From contig OZ024740.1 of assembly GCA_964016885.1 (NCBI GenBank), forward strand, positions 374,914,001 through 374,978,000: a DNA stretch of 64,000 bases, given 5' to 3'. Made by a program: the position numbers and the translations under genes. Position 1 is the stretch's first letter. Every line of letters starts with the position of its first letter. The stretch is from Eledone cirrhosa. Its lineage: Eukaryota. Of this stretch, positions 1 to 13,170 are shown piece by piece. The notes under the pieces are model-generated. The model did no database searches, was not told the DNA's origin, and worked only from the letters and a program-made list of their open reading frames with translations.

Positions 1-1079
1 CAGGCTACGACATCTCGACCTCTTCCTCGACGGTGATCAGGTGTGGACGCCGTTTGCTAGTCGCGTCTTGACCCAGCTCATCTCCTTGACGAAGCTGCAG
101 TCCTGGGTCAAGCGAAGACCGAGAGGGAGCGCTTGGAGACTGGAATGTCATCAGGCGCGCACGGCCCTCGACAAATCGGGCAATGTGATCGGTGGAAACT
201 CCACCTGGGCGTTCTATAGAGGATTAGTGGAGGTGAAGAGTGACGACGTACTTGGGAAAATCTAGGCGTCGAAGAAAATCAACTAGCCAATTTCTTTGGA
301 AGAACTTTCGGGCCGGGGCCTATGGACAAATTCCAGAAATTCCTGTCCTGGCAGTGCTAACGAGGAGCTTTGCCAGTTCGGGATAAACTCTACAGGTATG
401 GAGGTTTTCGTCAGCTGGGCATGTTCGAGATGCGCGCAGGGCGACGAAACCGACCTGCATATACTCGTCCAGTGATCCATCATTGCTGACTTGTGGGTTT
501 ATATCGAACTCCTGCTGTCGCGTGTAGAACGGATCTGACTATCAGCTGAGTCCATCGTGAGCATTGCACCGCCCTCTTCCTTTAGCCGGGAAGGGCAGGC
601 AGTTTTTATCTGTCTGGTGGCCATGGCAAAAGAGATAGCATGGTGAACGCGTCTGAAAGGGCTGAAGACGAGCACTTACCTCTTCGGTGATGCCCTGATT
701 AACTTTTTCAAATTTCATTTGAAAAGGAAAATCAGGGTAGAGAGAGGTGTTCTCTTCCCAGCTTTTTGTTGAAAGATGGGTGAGAGCGGCAAGAATGGCC
801 CGAGTGAGTGGACCTACTCTGAGTATATTCCTGTAAATTGAAGGTGGAAAACTGGGAGAGGAAAATTGCCCTGGTGGTCAGGGTCACCGTGGCGTTTTTA
901 ATGGGCTTTCTCCAGGATGGCGCTCGGAAGTCTGCCACCTATTGGGGAATTTTTCATTGTTCTTTTATTACATCCGTTTTGGTTTTTTTTTTACTCGCAG
1001 AAATGCTCATTTCGTCCTGTATTGTCCTGTATTGTCCTTAATGTCTACTTTATGTAAACCCTGGTGGTTAATAAAGAAA

Positions 1080-1117
<38 letters not shown>
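1..1117 (+). mobile_element. Tx1/L1-clade non-LTR retrotransposon copy A: 3' end (degenerate ORF2 C-terminus, 3' UTR, AATAAA, (ATT)n tail); cut by the window edge
   Basis: Near-identical to 38870-39989. In-frame stops; AATAAA near 1070 followed by (ATT)12 at 1082-1117. Confidence 0.9.
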
Positions 1118-1331
1118 GAATGCCATGGTTGACGGAGGCTCGGCTCTGTAAGGTATTGTAAATGTTAACCTCTATAACAATTGTAAATTGTTTAAAACTG
1201 TAACCAAATTGTGGACAAAAAAAACCTCCTACTCGTGAGAGGGGTCTTTCTGCACGTTATTTGGCCATTCGGGGTTAAATAACTGCTTATTGGGGTTTCG
1301 TGCCCAATATTTATTTTAAACCAAAAATTAC

Positions 1332-3248
1332 ATGGCTACAAAAAATAATTTTCACAAGTCACTCCCACTCATTCCGTCTTCTTCTTCCCCAATCGTCACT
1401 ACACAAGAGAGAAGATTGTCTCTCTCCCACCCTTCTCTTAATGAGTCTCTCTGCCTCCCTTCTCTTTCGCAAGCGACGCCAGAAAAGAAAAATAATTTCC
1501 AAAATCACGTGCACAACGTGGAACATTTCTCCGCGACGACAACGACGAAAAAGGTGTGCGGTAAATACGAAAACCCAGCCGTAATAACAGCGGCAGCAGT
1601 AGCAACAGTGACAAGGAAAACAACAGTAGCAGACGCAACAGATTCAGCAGCAGCATAAACAACAACAGCATTAGCAGCACCAGCAGCAGCAGCAGCAACA
1701 ACAACAACAACCACAGCAACAGCGGCGGCGGCAGTTGTAGTACCTGCAGCAACAACAAAAGTAACAGCAGCTCTGACGACGACGACAACAACAACAAAAA
1801 AGTAAAACCAATCTCATTTGCAGGTATCGCAAAGAACCTGGAAACCATCCTTATAACAAATGAGGAATTACAGGAAGCAAAGAAGATGGTGACGAAAACC
1901 GGACAGCGAGCAATCTGCAAGGCAGCCGAAACATTTTTCGAAACCCAACAGCACTGTACGGTCACGTACCGTACAGTAAGCGCAAAATCCCGTTGGGTTG
2001 AAAAGGCCACAGAGGCTCAAATACAAAAAGGCTTAGCGTCTGTGTGGCAGCGGAAAACGCATATCACCTGAGGCAAGAACTATGCCACCGTGGACGTGCT
2101 TTTTGCCACACCCCAGGAGGCAAAGGCTCAATCCTTAGTGACTCTAAGGAGCAAGGAAATGGTGTTGGTGCCCTCCTACTGCGGAGAAAAAATTGTGAGG
2201 GTCAAACTGACCCACATCTCCCTCGGGATGGCCCCTTCGGAATCGAGGACAAAACAACTGTACTGCAAATACAGAAAAATATAGGAGAAGATTGTGTCGG
2301 CACTTCCATTGAGATGTTAATCCAAACCAACCAGGAGTGCATCGAAGCTATCCCGGATGTGATAGACTTCGATAACGGCACTCAACTTCCCATAAGTGTT
2401 CAGGGCAAACGCCCGAAATTCTTTCGCGGTAGATCAAAGACTCACCTCAGGGCATTCTGCAATGAGAACACCCTGAGAAAGGAGAACACCCCCTTCCGAA
2501 ACTGGCTCCACTGGTACCAGCAACAGGACAGGCGGCAACCAGAAAGAATGGGTCCGTGGCACCCATACCCACGCCACGGAAATCAAGAACAGCAGCAGCA
2601 GTGGAAGTATCAACAACAACAGCAATACCAACTGCAGCTGCAACAGAGACTCCACTGCAAACATCACCAGAATCGGACATGGAGTGTGAGGTGGGAAGGG
2701 ATGGCAAACGGACACAATAAGGCACAAACGCAGAAGCAGCGCATCGTCGCTTTCGAAAAGGGAGGAAAGAAACACAAAAAGACTTATAGCAGCAACACCA
2801 CCAACACCATCACCATGAGCACCAACATCGCAAAAACAACAAAACACACACACCCAGCGACAGCGACAAGAAAATAGCAGAACCACACGGCACCCCCACA
2901 AAAACAATTGCACAGCAATAAATACACACAACAAGAAATTAATGACTTACATAATTGAACACACAGACATTTCACAGCACGACTTCAAATACCAGCACCA
3001 ATCAAAACACCAACGAACATAAGAATGGTAAAAATAGCACAAAACAATACACAAACATCAAAACGAAATTCCCCAACGCAGTTGGTGATTTCAGAGACCT
3101 AGGAGGGACACTCAACCGGATGGTATATTCGTATATTCTCACAGAAGAGCCGACGACCAGCCGAAGGGGCGATTCAACGGTCCCTTCACCAGACGATAAA
3201 GTGAAAAGGGATGGTGAAACCATCCTTCCTCTGTGAGAAGTAAAGTAA
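1332..3248 (+). pseudogene. ORF1 (gag-like) of Tx1 copy B, frameshifted
   Basis: Fragments 1332-1658, 1886-2071, 2090-2284, 2044-2877 and 2955-3236 match ORF1 of copy E; zinc-knuckle Cys residues are mutated. Confidence 0.85.
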
Positions 3249-3282
3249 GTGGTCTTTCCCATCTTTTCCACTCCATTTCAAC

Positions 3283-6200
3283 ATGACCTCACTCAGAATA
3301 GGCAGCATAAATGCGCGTGGCTTGGGGTCGTCATGGAAGCAGGGCCACCTGCTCAACGATCTCAGATTACTAAAAATAGATGTAGTGGCCATCAGCGAGA
3401 CCAGAATATCCGAAGCACGGGCCTTCGCACCGATCTTCGGCGGCTACGTTGTGTACGCATCTCTCAGCCGTCCGGGATCAGGAGAGGGGGGGGGGAGTTG
3501 CTGTGCATCTTCGGAGAAGTTTGGATCTCGCCATGCAGGCCATCTTCCTGGACCCAGAAGGTAAGTTGGTGGTGCTGGACGTGACCAGCGGAGACAGGTA
3601 AGCTTACAGGCTAGTGGCCGTCTATGCCCCGACAGGAGCAGGGCGGCCTGATTTTCTTCCGGCGTCTGGATACCTTTCTTGGAACGTCCCGCTCTTTTAT
3701 GTTAGTGGGCGACTGGAACGGGATCTTAGATGCACGCTGGGACTGTGTGGTATTAGCGGATAGGGGAGGCGGGTGTGAGAGTCTCACCAACCTGCTTAGG
3801 CATTTTGAGCTGTCTGACAGGTACCGATTGGATTTCCCGAATGTGCCAATGTGGACTTGGACAAACCGCATAGGGTCATCCAGATCATATCTAGATAGAG
3901 TATTTTGTAGGGACATAGATAGGTCTAGCATAGGCTGTCCACAATTCAAGATAGTCAGCTACACGAACCACACATTCGTGATCTGTGTCCTTGACTTAGA
4001 TAGGCTTCATAGACGAGGACCCGGCTACTGGAAGCTAAACGCGTGCTTACTAGCGCGCAAGGCCTACAGAGACCGGATTAGCGAACTAGTTAAGCGGGCG
4101 TTGACGGGGGCCATCGTCAACAACAATTGGTGATTTACTCTGAAAAGAGCGATTAGGATAGAGTCCATTAGATATAGTAAAGCTTTAGCAATAGAGAAAA
4201 ATAGAGCAGAGGGACAATTAGTTAGAAAATTAGACGAGTCACTTAGCAAAGGCATCGCGACCGACGTACTTGCGCCGAAATTGGCCCCTGACCAATTATT
4301 CAATGCAAAGCAAGAAGCCTGCGTTGTCAGAGCTAGGGTGCGTGCTCTCAGACACGAGGGGACGAAAGCCGTTCAATGGGCCCGAGTGGCGGAGGCGCGT
4401 CGTGGCAACAAATCCAGGATCCGGTCTTTGGTGGGCCACGACGGGTGCATGCTACTCGATCCTGGGCAAATGTGTGAAGCTTTCCAGCGATACTTCGTAA
4501 GCTGTTCGGGGGCAGCGGCGGGCCGAATCGATGGATGGACTTTAGTGTCTACCGCGACGGACTGCCGCGGCCCTCGGCCACTGAGGAGGTGTGTTGCGAA
4601 AAGCCGATTACAGCCGCTGAAGTACTGGAGGCAATGACTGGCTGCACAAGGGGTAAATCGTCTGATTTGGATGGTCTGCCCTATGAACTTTACGTACAGA
4701 TGCCAGACTTGTTCGGAGGCCTCTTGGTGGGCGTCTACTTCAACTGGCAACAGAACGGGAGAATTCCCAGCTCTGTGAGCTGAGGAGCTTTGGCGCTGCT
4801 GAGAAAGGATCTGAACAATGGGGATAACATAGATAATTGCAGGCCCATAACTCTTCTAAACACAGAGTTCAAGATGTTGGCCAAGGTGCTAGCAAAGAGG
4901 TTGGCGCTTGTCGTTGGTGGTCTGGTGGGAGAGGCGCATACGTGCGCCATTCCCGACAGATCCATCCACGACAACCTCCACCTTATGCGATACATCGTAG
5001 AGAGGGTAGCTAGGGAACCTGGCACGGGTGGGTCCTTGATTAATTTAGATCAGTCGAATGCCTTCGATAGGGTCGACCAGCATTACCTAGCGGCAGGCCT
5101 GAGGGCTGGCTTTGGGTTCGTCTTCAGAGGCTGGATCGCTTCCATGCACAGCGACATCTGCTTTGTGGTGAGAGTGAACGGTCACCTTTCGGAACCGTTC
5201 AACATCATGCGCTCGGTCCGCCAAGGATGTCCCCTCTCGTCCCTCTTGTACGTATTGACTCTCGAGCCATTACTGCACAAACTGGAGACGTTGAGGGGGT
5301 TCCCGCGCGAACTAGGATGCGGAAGATACGTGTCAGCATATGCGGACGGTGTCACCGTAATGGTCTCGAACGCCAAACACATCGCGGCGATCGGCACTAC
5401 ACTAAGAGAATACGAAGCGGTGACAGGAGCAATGATCAACCAGAAAAAGTCAGTGGGCCTGTAGCTCGGCACCTGGAGAGGCAGGTCCATGCCGTCCAAC
5501 AGCGTCGTCGGGCGCTGGACGGACGGACCGGTTAAATTGCTAGGGGTCTGGTTCGGTACTGAAAGGCCGAGCGGAGGTGGCTAACGCGTACATTGCGTCC
5601 GTCATCTACTACCGCCTGACCGTCGTATCTTGTCCTAAGCCCCGCCTTACTGCGCTGGAGCGTTTGCTCTTTCGCTTTTTGTGGAAGGGACATGCTCCGA
5701 TGGTCAGGCGGTCCATCTTTTGTCAACACCCGCTACGTGGAGGGCTGGGCATGCTGTGGCTGATGATGCGCAGACACGCGCACAGGGTACGACATCTCCA
5801 CCTCTTCCTCGACGGTGATCAGGTGTGGTCGCTGTTTGCTAGATACGTCTTTCCCGAGCTCGTCTCCTTGACAGAGCTGCAGTCCTGGGTCACGCGAAGA
5901 TCGAGAGAGAGCGCTTGGAGACTGGAATATCCTCAGGCGCTCACAGCCCTCGACCAATCGGGAAATGTGATCGTTGGAAACTCCACCTTGGCAGTCTATA
6001 GAGGATTAGTGTGGGGGGTGGGGAGCGACGACGTACTTGGAGAAGCTCTAGGCGTCGACGAAAATCAACTAGCCAATCTCTTCGGAAAGACTTTCGGGCC
6101 GGGGCCCATGGACAAATTCCAGAAATCCCTGGCCTTGCTGTAGTGCCGATCGCCGCGATGTGTTTGGCGTTCGAGACCATTACGGTGACACGGTCCGCAT

Positions 6201-6747
6201 ATGCTGACACGTATCTTCCGCATCCTAGTTCGCGCGGGAACCCCCTCAACGTCTCCAGTTTGTGCAGTAATGGCTCGAGAGTCAATACGTACAAGATAAA
6301 CTCTATAGGCATGGAGGTGCCGTCAGCCGGGCATGTCCGAGATGCGCGCAGGGTGACGAAACCGTCCTGCGCACTCGTCCAGTGTCCGAGCATTGCTGAC
6401 TTATGGTTTATGTCGAACACCTGCTGTCACGTGTAGGACGGATCCAGCTATCAGCTGAGTCCATCGTGAGGATTGCCCCGCCCTCTTCCTTTAGCCGGGA
6501 AGAGCAGGCAGTTTTTATCTGTCTGGTGGCCATGGCGAAAGAGATAGTATGGTGGACACGTTTGAAAGGGCTGAAGACGAGCAATTACCTCTTCGGTAAT
6601 GCTCTGATTAACTTTTTCAAATTTCATGTGAAAAGGAAAATCAGGCTAGAGAGGGAAGTGCTCTCTTTCAGGCATGTTGTTGAAACATGGGTGACAGAAG
6701 CAAGTATGGTCCGAGTGAATGGGCCTACTCTGAGTATGTGTCTGTAA
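3283..6747 (+). pseudogene. ORF2 (APE endonuclease + reverse transcriptase) of Tx1 copy B, disrupted
   Basis: SINARGL, ISET, VGDWN, SYLDR (APE motifs); RPITLLN, RQGCPLS, YADG in place of YADD (RT); several stops and frameshifts. Confidence 0.9.
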
Positions 6748-7021
6748 ATTAAAGGTGGAAAACTGGGAGAGGGCACTTGCCCTGGTGGTCAGGGTCAGTG
6801 GCCTTTTAATGGGCTTTCTCCACAAATGTTACCCGGAAGTCTCCCCCCTATTGGGGAATTTTTCATTGTTATTTTTTATTACATCCTCTGTTTTTTTTTA
6901 CACGCACAGATGCCCATTTGTACCGTCCTGTATTGTCATGTACTGTCCTTAATGTCTACTTTATGTAAACCCTTGTGGTTAATAAAGAGAGCATTATTGT
7001 TATCATTATTTTCTTTATTTT

Positions 7022-7400
7022 TAGGGTCGGACGCCATGCTTTGACGCATAGAGTTACAGCCCTTTCCATTCTGAGTTCAAATCCCGTCGAGGTTAACTTT
7101 GCCTTTCATCCTTACGGGGTCGATAAAATAAAGTACCATTAATGTACTCGTACATTATGGCATCGATGATGGTGTTATGGAACAGTGAAAATGAAACACG
7201 AGTCAAAGGAAGAAACAAAATCTAACTCCCTGAAAAGTGAGGTTGTTTTGTTAGTCCCTGTTATTACTGCAACCACATATTCGCAAGTATCCGTGTCCAG
7301 CAATTGTCACCGGGGGTACATAATGTACTGGTACAGTAATGTACTGGGTAATTACTAGCCTTGTGCCAATAGTAAAAACAATTATTTTTTTTATTTTTAT
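7022..7400 (+). mobile_element. tRNA-derived SINE with Deu/Nin-like core, 5'-truncated and interrupted by a ~157 bp insertion
   Basis: B-box-like GAGTTCAAATCCC and core GCCTTTCATCCTTACGGGGTCGATAAAATAAAGTACC; matches the copies at 23255-23433 (-) and 61281-61455 (+). Confidence 0.75.
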
Positions 7401-7849
7401 TATTTTTATTATTACTATTTTGAAGCGACGTGAAAACCCTTCTTGAATTCGGTTCCAAATATTTCAAATGTGTTTAATCCTTTTTTTTCATGTTCTCCAC
7501 TTATCTCTCAGTATTTAACTTTATAAAATATTAAAAATAAGTAAACCTGTTCTCCGCATTTATGGTGGTCTTGTTTGAAGGGACATCCCTACAGGCGTGT
7601 CAAACAGACAAAAATGGTTTTCCTTATTTGTTTTTCAACACTAACATGACTTCCCCGACATCACGGCGTTATTCCGAAACTATAAATAAATTAAGTAGAG
7701 GGAGCAAATTGTGTTCAGCGTCTGTAAACAACAAACGATAGAGAAAAACAAAGAACGAAATCCTAATACATTTGAATTAAGTGAAATGAAAACGCTTGTC
7801 ACAAAAGAATACCAACACGTCAATCTTTTGAAAAACAAATTGGAGAGAA

Positions 7850-8650
7850 CAACAACGACAAAAACATCAGTTGAAGTAATAAGAGGGCAGACCATCAAGC
7901 ATGTATGAAAATAAATATCAGCAACAGTGTCTCGTTTGCTATTGCTACAAAATCCTTTTTCAAATGTTTGAACCTTTCTGAAGTAATCGGTCAAGAACTT
8001 CAGATGGTTGGTGGAACGAGCTGGACAAATAGCTTAAATAAATACCCCGTTCGACACCATCCAAAACAACGTCCATTGCACAATGACCTACAGTACTAAC
8101 AATTAAAGGCGATGAGTAGGAAGAACTATTAAGGTTCAAATGAAAACAAACCAGGCATCGATGATGGGGTTATGGAACAGTGAAAATGAAACACGAGTCA
8201 AAGGAAGAAACAAAATCTAACTCCCTGAAAAGTGAGGTTGTTTTCTTAGTCCCTGTTATTACTACAACCACAGATTCGCAAGAATCCGTGTCCAGCAATT
8301 GTCACCGGGGTAGCTATTACTTGACTAATGGCTAAAATCCGTTTAGACATCGAGGAACACTAAAACATGCGGGACGTCTACCAGAGTTCAAAAAGGAGAA
8401 GTGGTCGGGGATGAGAGTAGAAACCCTACCCAAACCAATGTTATAATGTGGATGCCATCCTGTAATAAATTCTTCTCCCAGGCCAACATCAGCCTACGCA
8501 TTTGAATGAAGAGGAGGAAGGCCAGGTGCCACATTTATCTTTCGACAACACATTTAAGAGCCTTCTGGCCAAACCTAAAACTATAGACACTTTTTTCTCC
8601 CAACACCAAGGAACTCGTCAATAACAACAGTCAAAACTCTGGCAGGAACA
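7850..8650 (+). pseudogene. Highly degenerate ORF1 relic of a sister Tx1 subfamily
   Basis: Collinear patches resembling ORF1: VSFAIATK vs ISFAGIAK; HCTMTYST vs HCTVTYRT; RIRVQQLSPG vs RVKLTHVPPG; GRRPGA vs GKRPKC. Confidence 0.5.
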
Positions 8651-9085
8651 ACAACTGACGACAACTATATACTTATATTGAGGAATCTGGATATTAAAGG
8701 GCTGGTGCAGAATTTCTATCTGAATTCAAATTTTTAGATGAAATCTTTGGATAGAAATATTTTAAAAGAAAATTATAGATAACGATTGTAGTGATGGAAT
8801 CGATAATAAACATCCTATCTAAATTGAAAAAAGAAAAGAGATAAAAAAGTTAAGTAATAAAAGGGTTTCCTAAATAACCAAGAACATTAGCCATCTCAGA
8901 GCTGATAAATTACCATTCTGCGAAGTTGTACTATTCTTTGATATGCCGCCGGGATAGACGTAAATTCTCTTGTCCAGTCGTCTGAAGGTCATGAACATAT
9001 GCCTGAGGGAGCACGCACACTCACACACCTACTAAACCTGATATACTATCTCGATAAATATATTTCCCTCCATCCACACTCTAGA

Positions 9086-9220
9086 TCAAAGGTTCTCAAC
9101 GGGGAGCATATTCCCCCACCCCGGGGGTGGTTTGGAGCTCCATGGGGCGGTTTGGATCAAGGGGGCGTTATGAGGGCGTTTGAAGCTTTGTGGGCGCTGG
9201 AAGCCCCTTTAGTTTGGTAA
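9086..9220 (+). mobile_element. Possible hAT-type MITE terminus relic
   Basis: CAAAGGTTCTCAAC resembles the CAGTGGTTCTCAAC ends of hAT/Charlie-like elements and is followed by a GC-rich patch; no partner TIR found. Confidence 0.3.
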
Positions 9221-9461
9221 GTTTTATAAGTCATATTTGTACGTCTCTTAGACAGCCAGTCTGAATGCATTTGAATGAGGACAACGAAAAAAATAAATAA
9301 AAGAAGTTTGTCAACGAATTCCCTAGGGAGCTAAAAGAAAAACAAAAGAAATCAAAGATAATGAACATAACGAGGTCAACTTTGACAACTGTTACAAGAA
9401 CAACTTTAACAGAAATGACAACAAAAGAAGCAATGGCGATGACCATACACACACATGCATA

Positions 9462-9530
9462 CGTACATACATACATACATATATACATACATACATACAT
9501 ACATACATACATACATACATACATACATAC
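9462..9530. repeat. (TACA)n microsatellite
   Basis: Direct reading. Confidence 0.95.
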
Positions 9531-9789
9531 ACACGCACATATACACGCACAGGCCTGCGTTAGTGTTTGATAAGGTTGAGAAACTGGTCAGTTTTCAAAC
9601 AGAACTTTGGTATTTAGTCTCCCTAGGAAATAAAATCTGGAAACAGAATTTTCTCCGTACCCCCAAAAAATAATTATAAATCATGTCAACATCCTAACAC
9701 ACTTAAATATAAATGCATGTATATATACAAGTGTATAAATGCATAGCTATATACATACGTAAATGTATGTATATATGTATCTATTTATG

Positions 9790-9837
<48 letters not shown>

Positions 9838-9900
9838 CAAATTATAAACGTAAATGTGTAAGTACGTTTTTGAAACGGTGCGCTAGTTTGAAATTAGAAA

Positions 9901-10105
9901 TTAGAAATTATAAGCTTTCACCGTATATTAGACTAAAGAAATATCTAGCCTGATAGTGGGGTGTATAACCCTCGGAGAAATGGAAAAAGATGAGTGTTGC
10001 CGTACATGTGCGGCAACACAATTCTTTTTCCATTTCACCGAGGGCTATAAACTCCAATATCAGGCTGGAAATTTCTTTAGTCTAAAATACGGTGAAAACT
10101 TATAG

Positions 10106-10112
<7 letters not shown>
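9901..10112. mobile_element. Foldback/MITE-like palindrome (~100 bp arms, minimal loop)
   Basis: TTAGAAATTATAAG...GTGTTGCCG-TACATGTG-CGGCAACAC...CTTATAGTTTCTAA; abuts (TA)n. Confidence 0.75.
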
Positions 10113-10187
<75 letters not shown>

Positions 10188-10222
10188 ATTTATATATATA
10201 TATATTTATATATATATATATT

Positions 10223-10255
<33 letters not shown>

Positions 10256-10258
10256 ATT

Positions 10259-10333
<75 letters not shown>

Positions 10334-10385
10334 ATATATATAGAGCACTCTTTTTTCCTGGACTTTTCCGATGGAATTACTTCAC

Positions 10386-10451
<66 letters not shown>

Positions 10452-10462
10452 ATATATATATA
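10113..10462. repeat. Interrupted (TA)n tract with a ~43 bp unique island at 10342-10385
   Basis: Direct reading. Confidence 0.95.
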
Positions 10463-10504
10463 TTTCAGTGACAGCCATCTTTGGCTGTGACCTCTTCAGG
10501 CAGT
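10455..10504 (-). ncRNA. Hammerhead copy truncated at its cleavage site (3' strand of stem I absent)
   Basis: Identical to 15122-15171, but GAAATATATATA continues into (TA)n instead of GCAGT. Confidence 0.8.
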
Positions 10505-12785
10505 TTGAATTAGTATGGTATAGACAAGTACATATGTTGTTTAGGTGTATGATATTGTCAATACTCTGATATGCCCAGTTCCTTGCTGGGTTGTTAATTC
10601 ACTGGGGAACTGGAGTCATATGAATTCAAACAAACGAATTTTCGTGTCACAGGTCCCCTTCTCCTCTCATTGGTCAGTTATTAGTGTTGTCATTGTTGGA
10701 GTTAGCTTAAAAATTGATAAAATGGTAGAAGGGACAAGGTGTTGAAGGAACAAAATATCAAAAAATGTGTCAAACTTCCCATAGTTCAGTTCTGAGAGCA
10801 TTCCTCAGTCAGAAGTCTATAGAATTCTTTCTGGGGTGAGGCTCCCTGTAGTGTTTATGCCTGCTATTGTTCAGTACATTTGACCTCCACCATTATTTTG
10901 GTACTGTTGTTGTTGTAGTGGTCAGCTTATACCGTGCTGCTGCTAACAATTTAGAAGTATTCAGTTTGTGTTTTCTCTTCATCCCACCCGCCACCATCGT
11001 AGTGGTGGTGGCGGGGGGGGGGGGTTCTTTCATGTATATGAAGAAATATAAGGCAATAAATGAAGAAAACAGAAGATAAATAAATAATATAATAAAATAA
11101 AATAATTAATATAATTTGTGTAATTGAAAATAAATAAATAAATAGAGAATAAAGAATAAAGAGTAAATGAGAGATTGGTGAAAAAGTAATGATAATGTAT
11201 ATGGAGAAGTGAGGAATAATGTAGGATAAAGTGTGTGTGTGTGTGTGCTATAACCAATCTCAAGGTCAGAATATGTTGGATAGATTGGTATGATACAAGA
11301 TGTTAAGATGAGATATTCAATGTGTTTGTGTTATAATCTATCTCAACTTAAAATAAATATAAGGTTATACAGTGAAGAGGGCAGAAAACAAATAACAAAT
11401 TAATAAAGAGAAATCAAGATTTAAGATTGGAACTTTAAAGTCAGAAATCTGGTAAATTAAAAGTGTTTGTGTTATAGATGTTGGCCAGATTATTATGGCT
11501 GTGTCCGATTCTATCTCTAGGCTATCATGGTGTCTGCTCCGCCTGGGTTGTTCCCTATGGCTTGAGGGGAGTTCACAACCTAGGGTGTTGTAATTGTCCA
11601 TATAGCTTGAGGGAGGTCTGGCCGAGAGGTGTTTTCATGTTCTGTAGAAGTCCCTATAGCTTGAGGGGAGTTCACATATTCTTGTGTTGCTACTGTCCAT
11701 ATGTTTTGAGAAAGGTCCCGGTTCTAAGGTGTCTGCATGTCCCGAAGAAGTCGGTTCTGAGGTTTATCAGGCCGCTTCCACCTCTTAGTATCTCGAGGGT
11801 CTCGTTCAGGCATAGTTTGCATATGCAAGATCTCCCTTTATCGGGTGGTACTTTCCTGATTATGTACCAGGCCAGAGAGTATGGGGTCCTGTCCAGCTTA
11901 AGCTTCCAGATCAGGTCGGAGAGAGCTGTGCTTTTCCTTTTGGCCTCCTTCTTGAATGAATGGCGATGGTTGTACCAGCGGTCCTTAAAGCTCGTTGATG
12001 TGGCTCCTATGTAGAGGTGTTCGGAGTTGGGGGTTTTAACCCTACAACCGTACACTATGTTCTTCTTGAGACATTCATTACCAAGGGGGCATGATTCGGG
12101 GTTTCTACAGTTGCAGAGGGTGGGCGGCCTCTGCGTGCTTAGATTAGGGTTCTCATTATGTGTTACATGTTGGTCTTCCCCCATGCTCGGTGGGGGGTCC
12201 TTGGGTCTGTTTGTGTTTCTTGGGTGGGCTCTGGGTCCCCCCTTCCCTCCTTTCACATGGTTCTGCTGAGTGTTTGTATTGCCATCTTCTGGTTGTGTGT
12301 GCTTTTTAAGCCTACTTCTGTTGATGCTAGCTATGTGTTGGGCCAAATTTCTTGTGGTGGAATACGAAAGCTTCACAGTGTGTCTGTTGAAGATCCTGTG
12401 GTATCTGTGGTCCCTCGGGAAGCATTTGTCAAGTGCTCCAAAGAACAATCGGGCCAAGCTTTTCTTTAGGGCCGCTGAGTAGGGTGGGTTGTACCACGTC
12501 ATTTGTCGGTGTCTCCTCCTATATGTGTGGGTTGGGGGCTTCGTGATTTGTTGGAGATTTGTTGGTTTGCTGGTGGTTTCCGCACTGTTGCTTTCCTTTT
12601 GGGCTCTATACTTGTTGTTATCTTCATGGCCCGGATTTGTGGGGTGGTTGTTGTCTGCCCCGGGAGATCCATCGTGGGGTGGTCGCCCGTTTCCTCCCCC
12701 CCCCACGTGTCCTGCGGTTGGGGTTACCGTCCTGGGGTAGTTAGCATCACGCCTGAGACTGCTACTCGTATTGTGCTCCATCTCG
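10463..12785 (-). mobile_element. Penelope-like element (Neptune/Naiad-type), 5'-truncated; left arm of palindrome
   Basis: Reverse complement of 12927-15163 with scattered substitutions. Carries the GIY-YIG ORF, long 3' region and hammerhead core. Confidence 0.9.
11690..12781 (-). pseudogene. Penelope-like C-terminal region: linker + GIY-YIG endonuclease, no RT
   Basis: TWYNPPYS, KIF-like RIFNRHTVKLSYS, CNC..CPL..C, IVY..LYIGATS..FKDRWYNH, CKLCLNE, CRH motifs. Confidence 0.88.
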
Positions 12786-13170
12786 TGGTCAAGCGATCAA
12801 GGAGGAATCCCCCCCATAACAGACTAATGGAGGAGTTTGAAAACGAGATGATTAACATCATATCCAACCTCAAATTCTCCGGAAACCCAACCAGAAGTCA
12901 GGAATACCTCAGACACCTGAGAAACCGGGGCGGAGGAAACGGGCGACCACCCCACGATGGATCTCCCGGGGCAGACAACAACCACCCCACAAATCCGGGC
13001 CATGAAGATAACACAAATATAGAGCCCAAAAGGGAAGCAACAGTGCGGAAACCACCAGCAAACCAACAGATCTCCAACAAATCACGAAGCCCCCAACCCA
13101 CACATATAGGAGGAGACACCGACAAATCACGTGGTACAACCCACCCTACTCAGCGGCCCTAAAGAAAAGC

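Larger units (their letters stand above)
1118..7010 (+). mobile_element. Tx1/L1-clade retrotransposon copy B, near full-length, heavily disrupted
   Basis: Starts GAATGCCATGG directly after (ATT)n, like copies D and E. ORF1 and ORF2 are fragmented, with internal deletions and an inverted insertion; degenerate ATT tail at ~6992-7010. Confidence 0.92.
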
